Part shown: positions 62,961 to 64,000 of the stretch, one piece after another
How the letters are laid out: every line of letters starts with the position of its first letter
Numbering within the stretch: position 1 is the first letter of the stretch
From: Gnetum montanum
Taxonomy: Eukaryota > Plantae > Gnetophyta
Length of the DNA: 64,000 nt
Assembly: GCA_015680685.1 (NCBI GenBank)
Contig: MNCI01002704.1
Span: 174,701 to 238,700 of the forward strand
Direction of reading: 5' to 3'
Notes under the pieces: model-generated
Seen by the model: only the letters and a program-made list of their open reading frames with translations
What the model was told of the DNA's origin: nothing
Database searches by the model: none
Made by a program: the position numbers and the translations under genes

Positions 62961-64000
62961 GACTTCTTGGTTATGATCTTCACCAATGAAGGTGAAGGGA
63001 AATTTGGTGGATTTTCAAAAGGACATGGTTACAGTGTTGAGAATTGCTTAAGAATAGGCTCTCTAAATATTAAGATAGGAGTAAATTATAATGAATGGAA
63101 TTAGAAAAATCTTAGAGGAAATGAAAATGGAAAAAAATAATAGACTTACTATAATTAATCAATCGGGGATGAGGGCGGTATACCCCTTTACTAGAAATAG
63201 AATATTGGCAATGTTGGTTTCAAACCCCACCCAAGTTGAACTCCCAAGTGCCTATACGATGGGTATGAGAGGGGAGAAAGAAGGGGGGTGAGATAATAAA
63301 AATATTACACCTTCTTATTCCAACATTGGAGAGAGAGGGAAAAGTTTGAACACCAAAAATAAAAACTTGGCAGTTTCCAAAGATGGTTTTGGTAGGTTAC
63401 CAACTTTCACCAAAAAGGAGGAAAAAGTAGACTTGGTTGGTATGGAAACCAATGTTAGTTTAGTGGAAAATATTATGGAAACAAAAATTAAAGATTTATC
63501 AAGGCTTCCATGCTAGCTTTGCTCTAGGAATTCACAATAGACATTGTAAAACTCTAGCATCCAAACCACCAATAGCTTCCATGCTAAGGTTTCTGCCATA
63601 GGGGGGTAAAGGTAGCATTGAATTCCTTAGGAGTTTTAGCTAGAAAATTCCTTTCAACTTGCAACAAAAGTAGATCTAGTTATAAAATTGATTTCAAACC
63701 TCACCAATGCCTACCTCCCAACTACTTCCATGCTAGGTATGGCAAACGGGAAAAAGAAGGGGGTGAGATGATGGGAATCTCACACCTCCTACCTCATCAT
63801 TAATGGGTGGATAAGGCTAAAAACCATAGTGGAAAGTTAGTAATTTTTTTTCTAAAATTAGTTTTAGCTAGTTTCTAATTTTCTTATCTTGGAAAAGTGG
63901 GGGAGGGGTTGAGAGCAGTGAATCCAACTCATAGATGAGTTGAACCACCCAATTTAGAAACTAGAATAAATTGTTTTGGTAGTAAAAAGAATAAGGAGAA

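Larger units (their letters stand above)
44882..64000 (-). mobile_element. Tat/Ogre-like family copy G (>19 kb): leader, gag (internally deleted)-protease, ~10.4-kb spacer with antisense gene and satellites, pol, 3' LTR 44882-46802
   Basis: All modules are in consistent minus orientation and the family minisatellite sits at both spacer ends. Contiguity across the N-gap 54395-54868 is inferred. Confidence 0.7.

Overview
AT-rich, CpG/CHG-depleted plant repeat DNA (probably a large gymnosperm-type genome, inferred from the retrotransposon lineages and the NLR motif style). It contains no intact host gene: it is a nest of decayed retroelements plus one disrupted NB-ARC (NLR) gene remnant. Most of the window (copies called A, B, H, D, F, G) belongs to one Ty3/gypsy Tat/Ogre-like family with TGAAACACC-starting LTRs of about 1.4-1.5 kb, a tRNA-Asn PBS and an RT-RH-aRH-INT pol. 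In the four copies where it can be seen, pol is not fused to protease. It starts at a conserved (TGCAG|GAT) splice acceptor preceded by kilobases of satellite-bearing spacer. In copy G the gag-protease and pol are about 10.4 kb apart, and the spacer carries a ~180-bp satellite array and an antisense, intron-containing, coiled-coil protein gene. Also present: a complete pol-less Athila element (TSD CCTAC, tRNA-Asp PBS), a related solo LTR (TSD CTCTC), a pol-less SIRE-like copia element, a second Tat lineage with PR-aRH-RT order, and a possible LINE endonuclease remnant. Four N-gaps limit certainty about contiguity.
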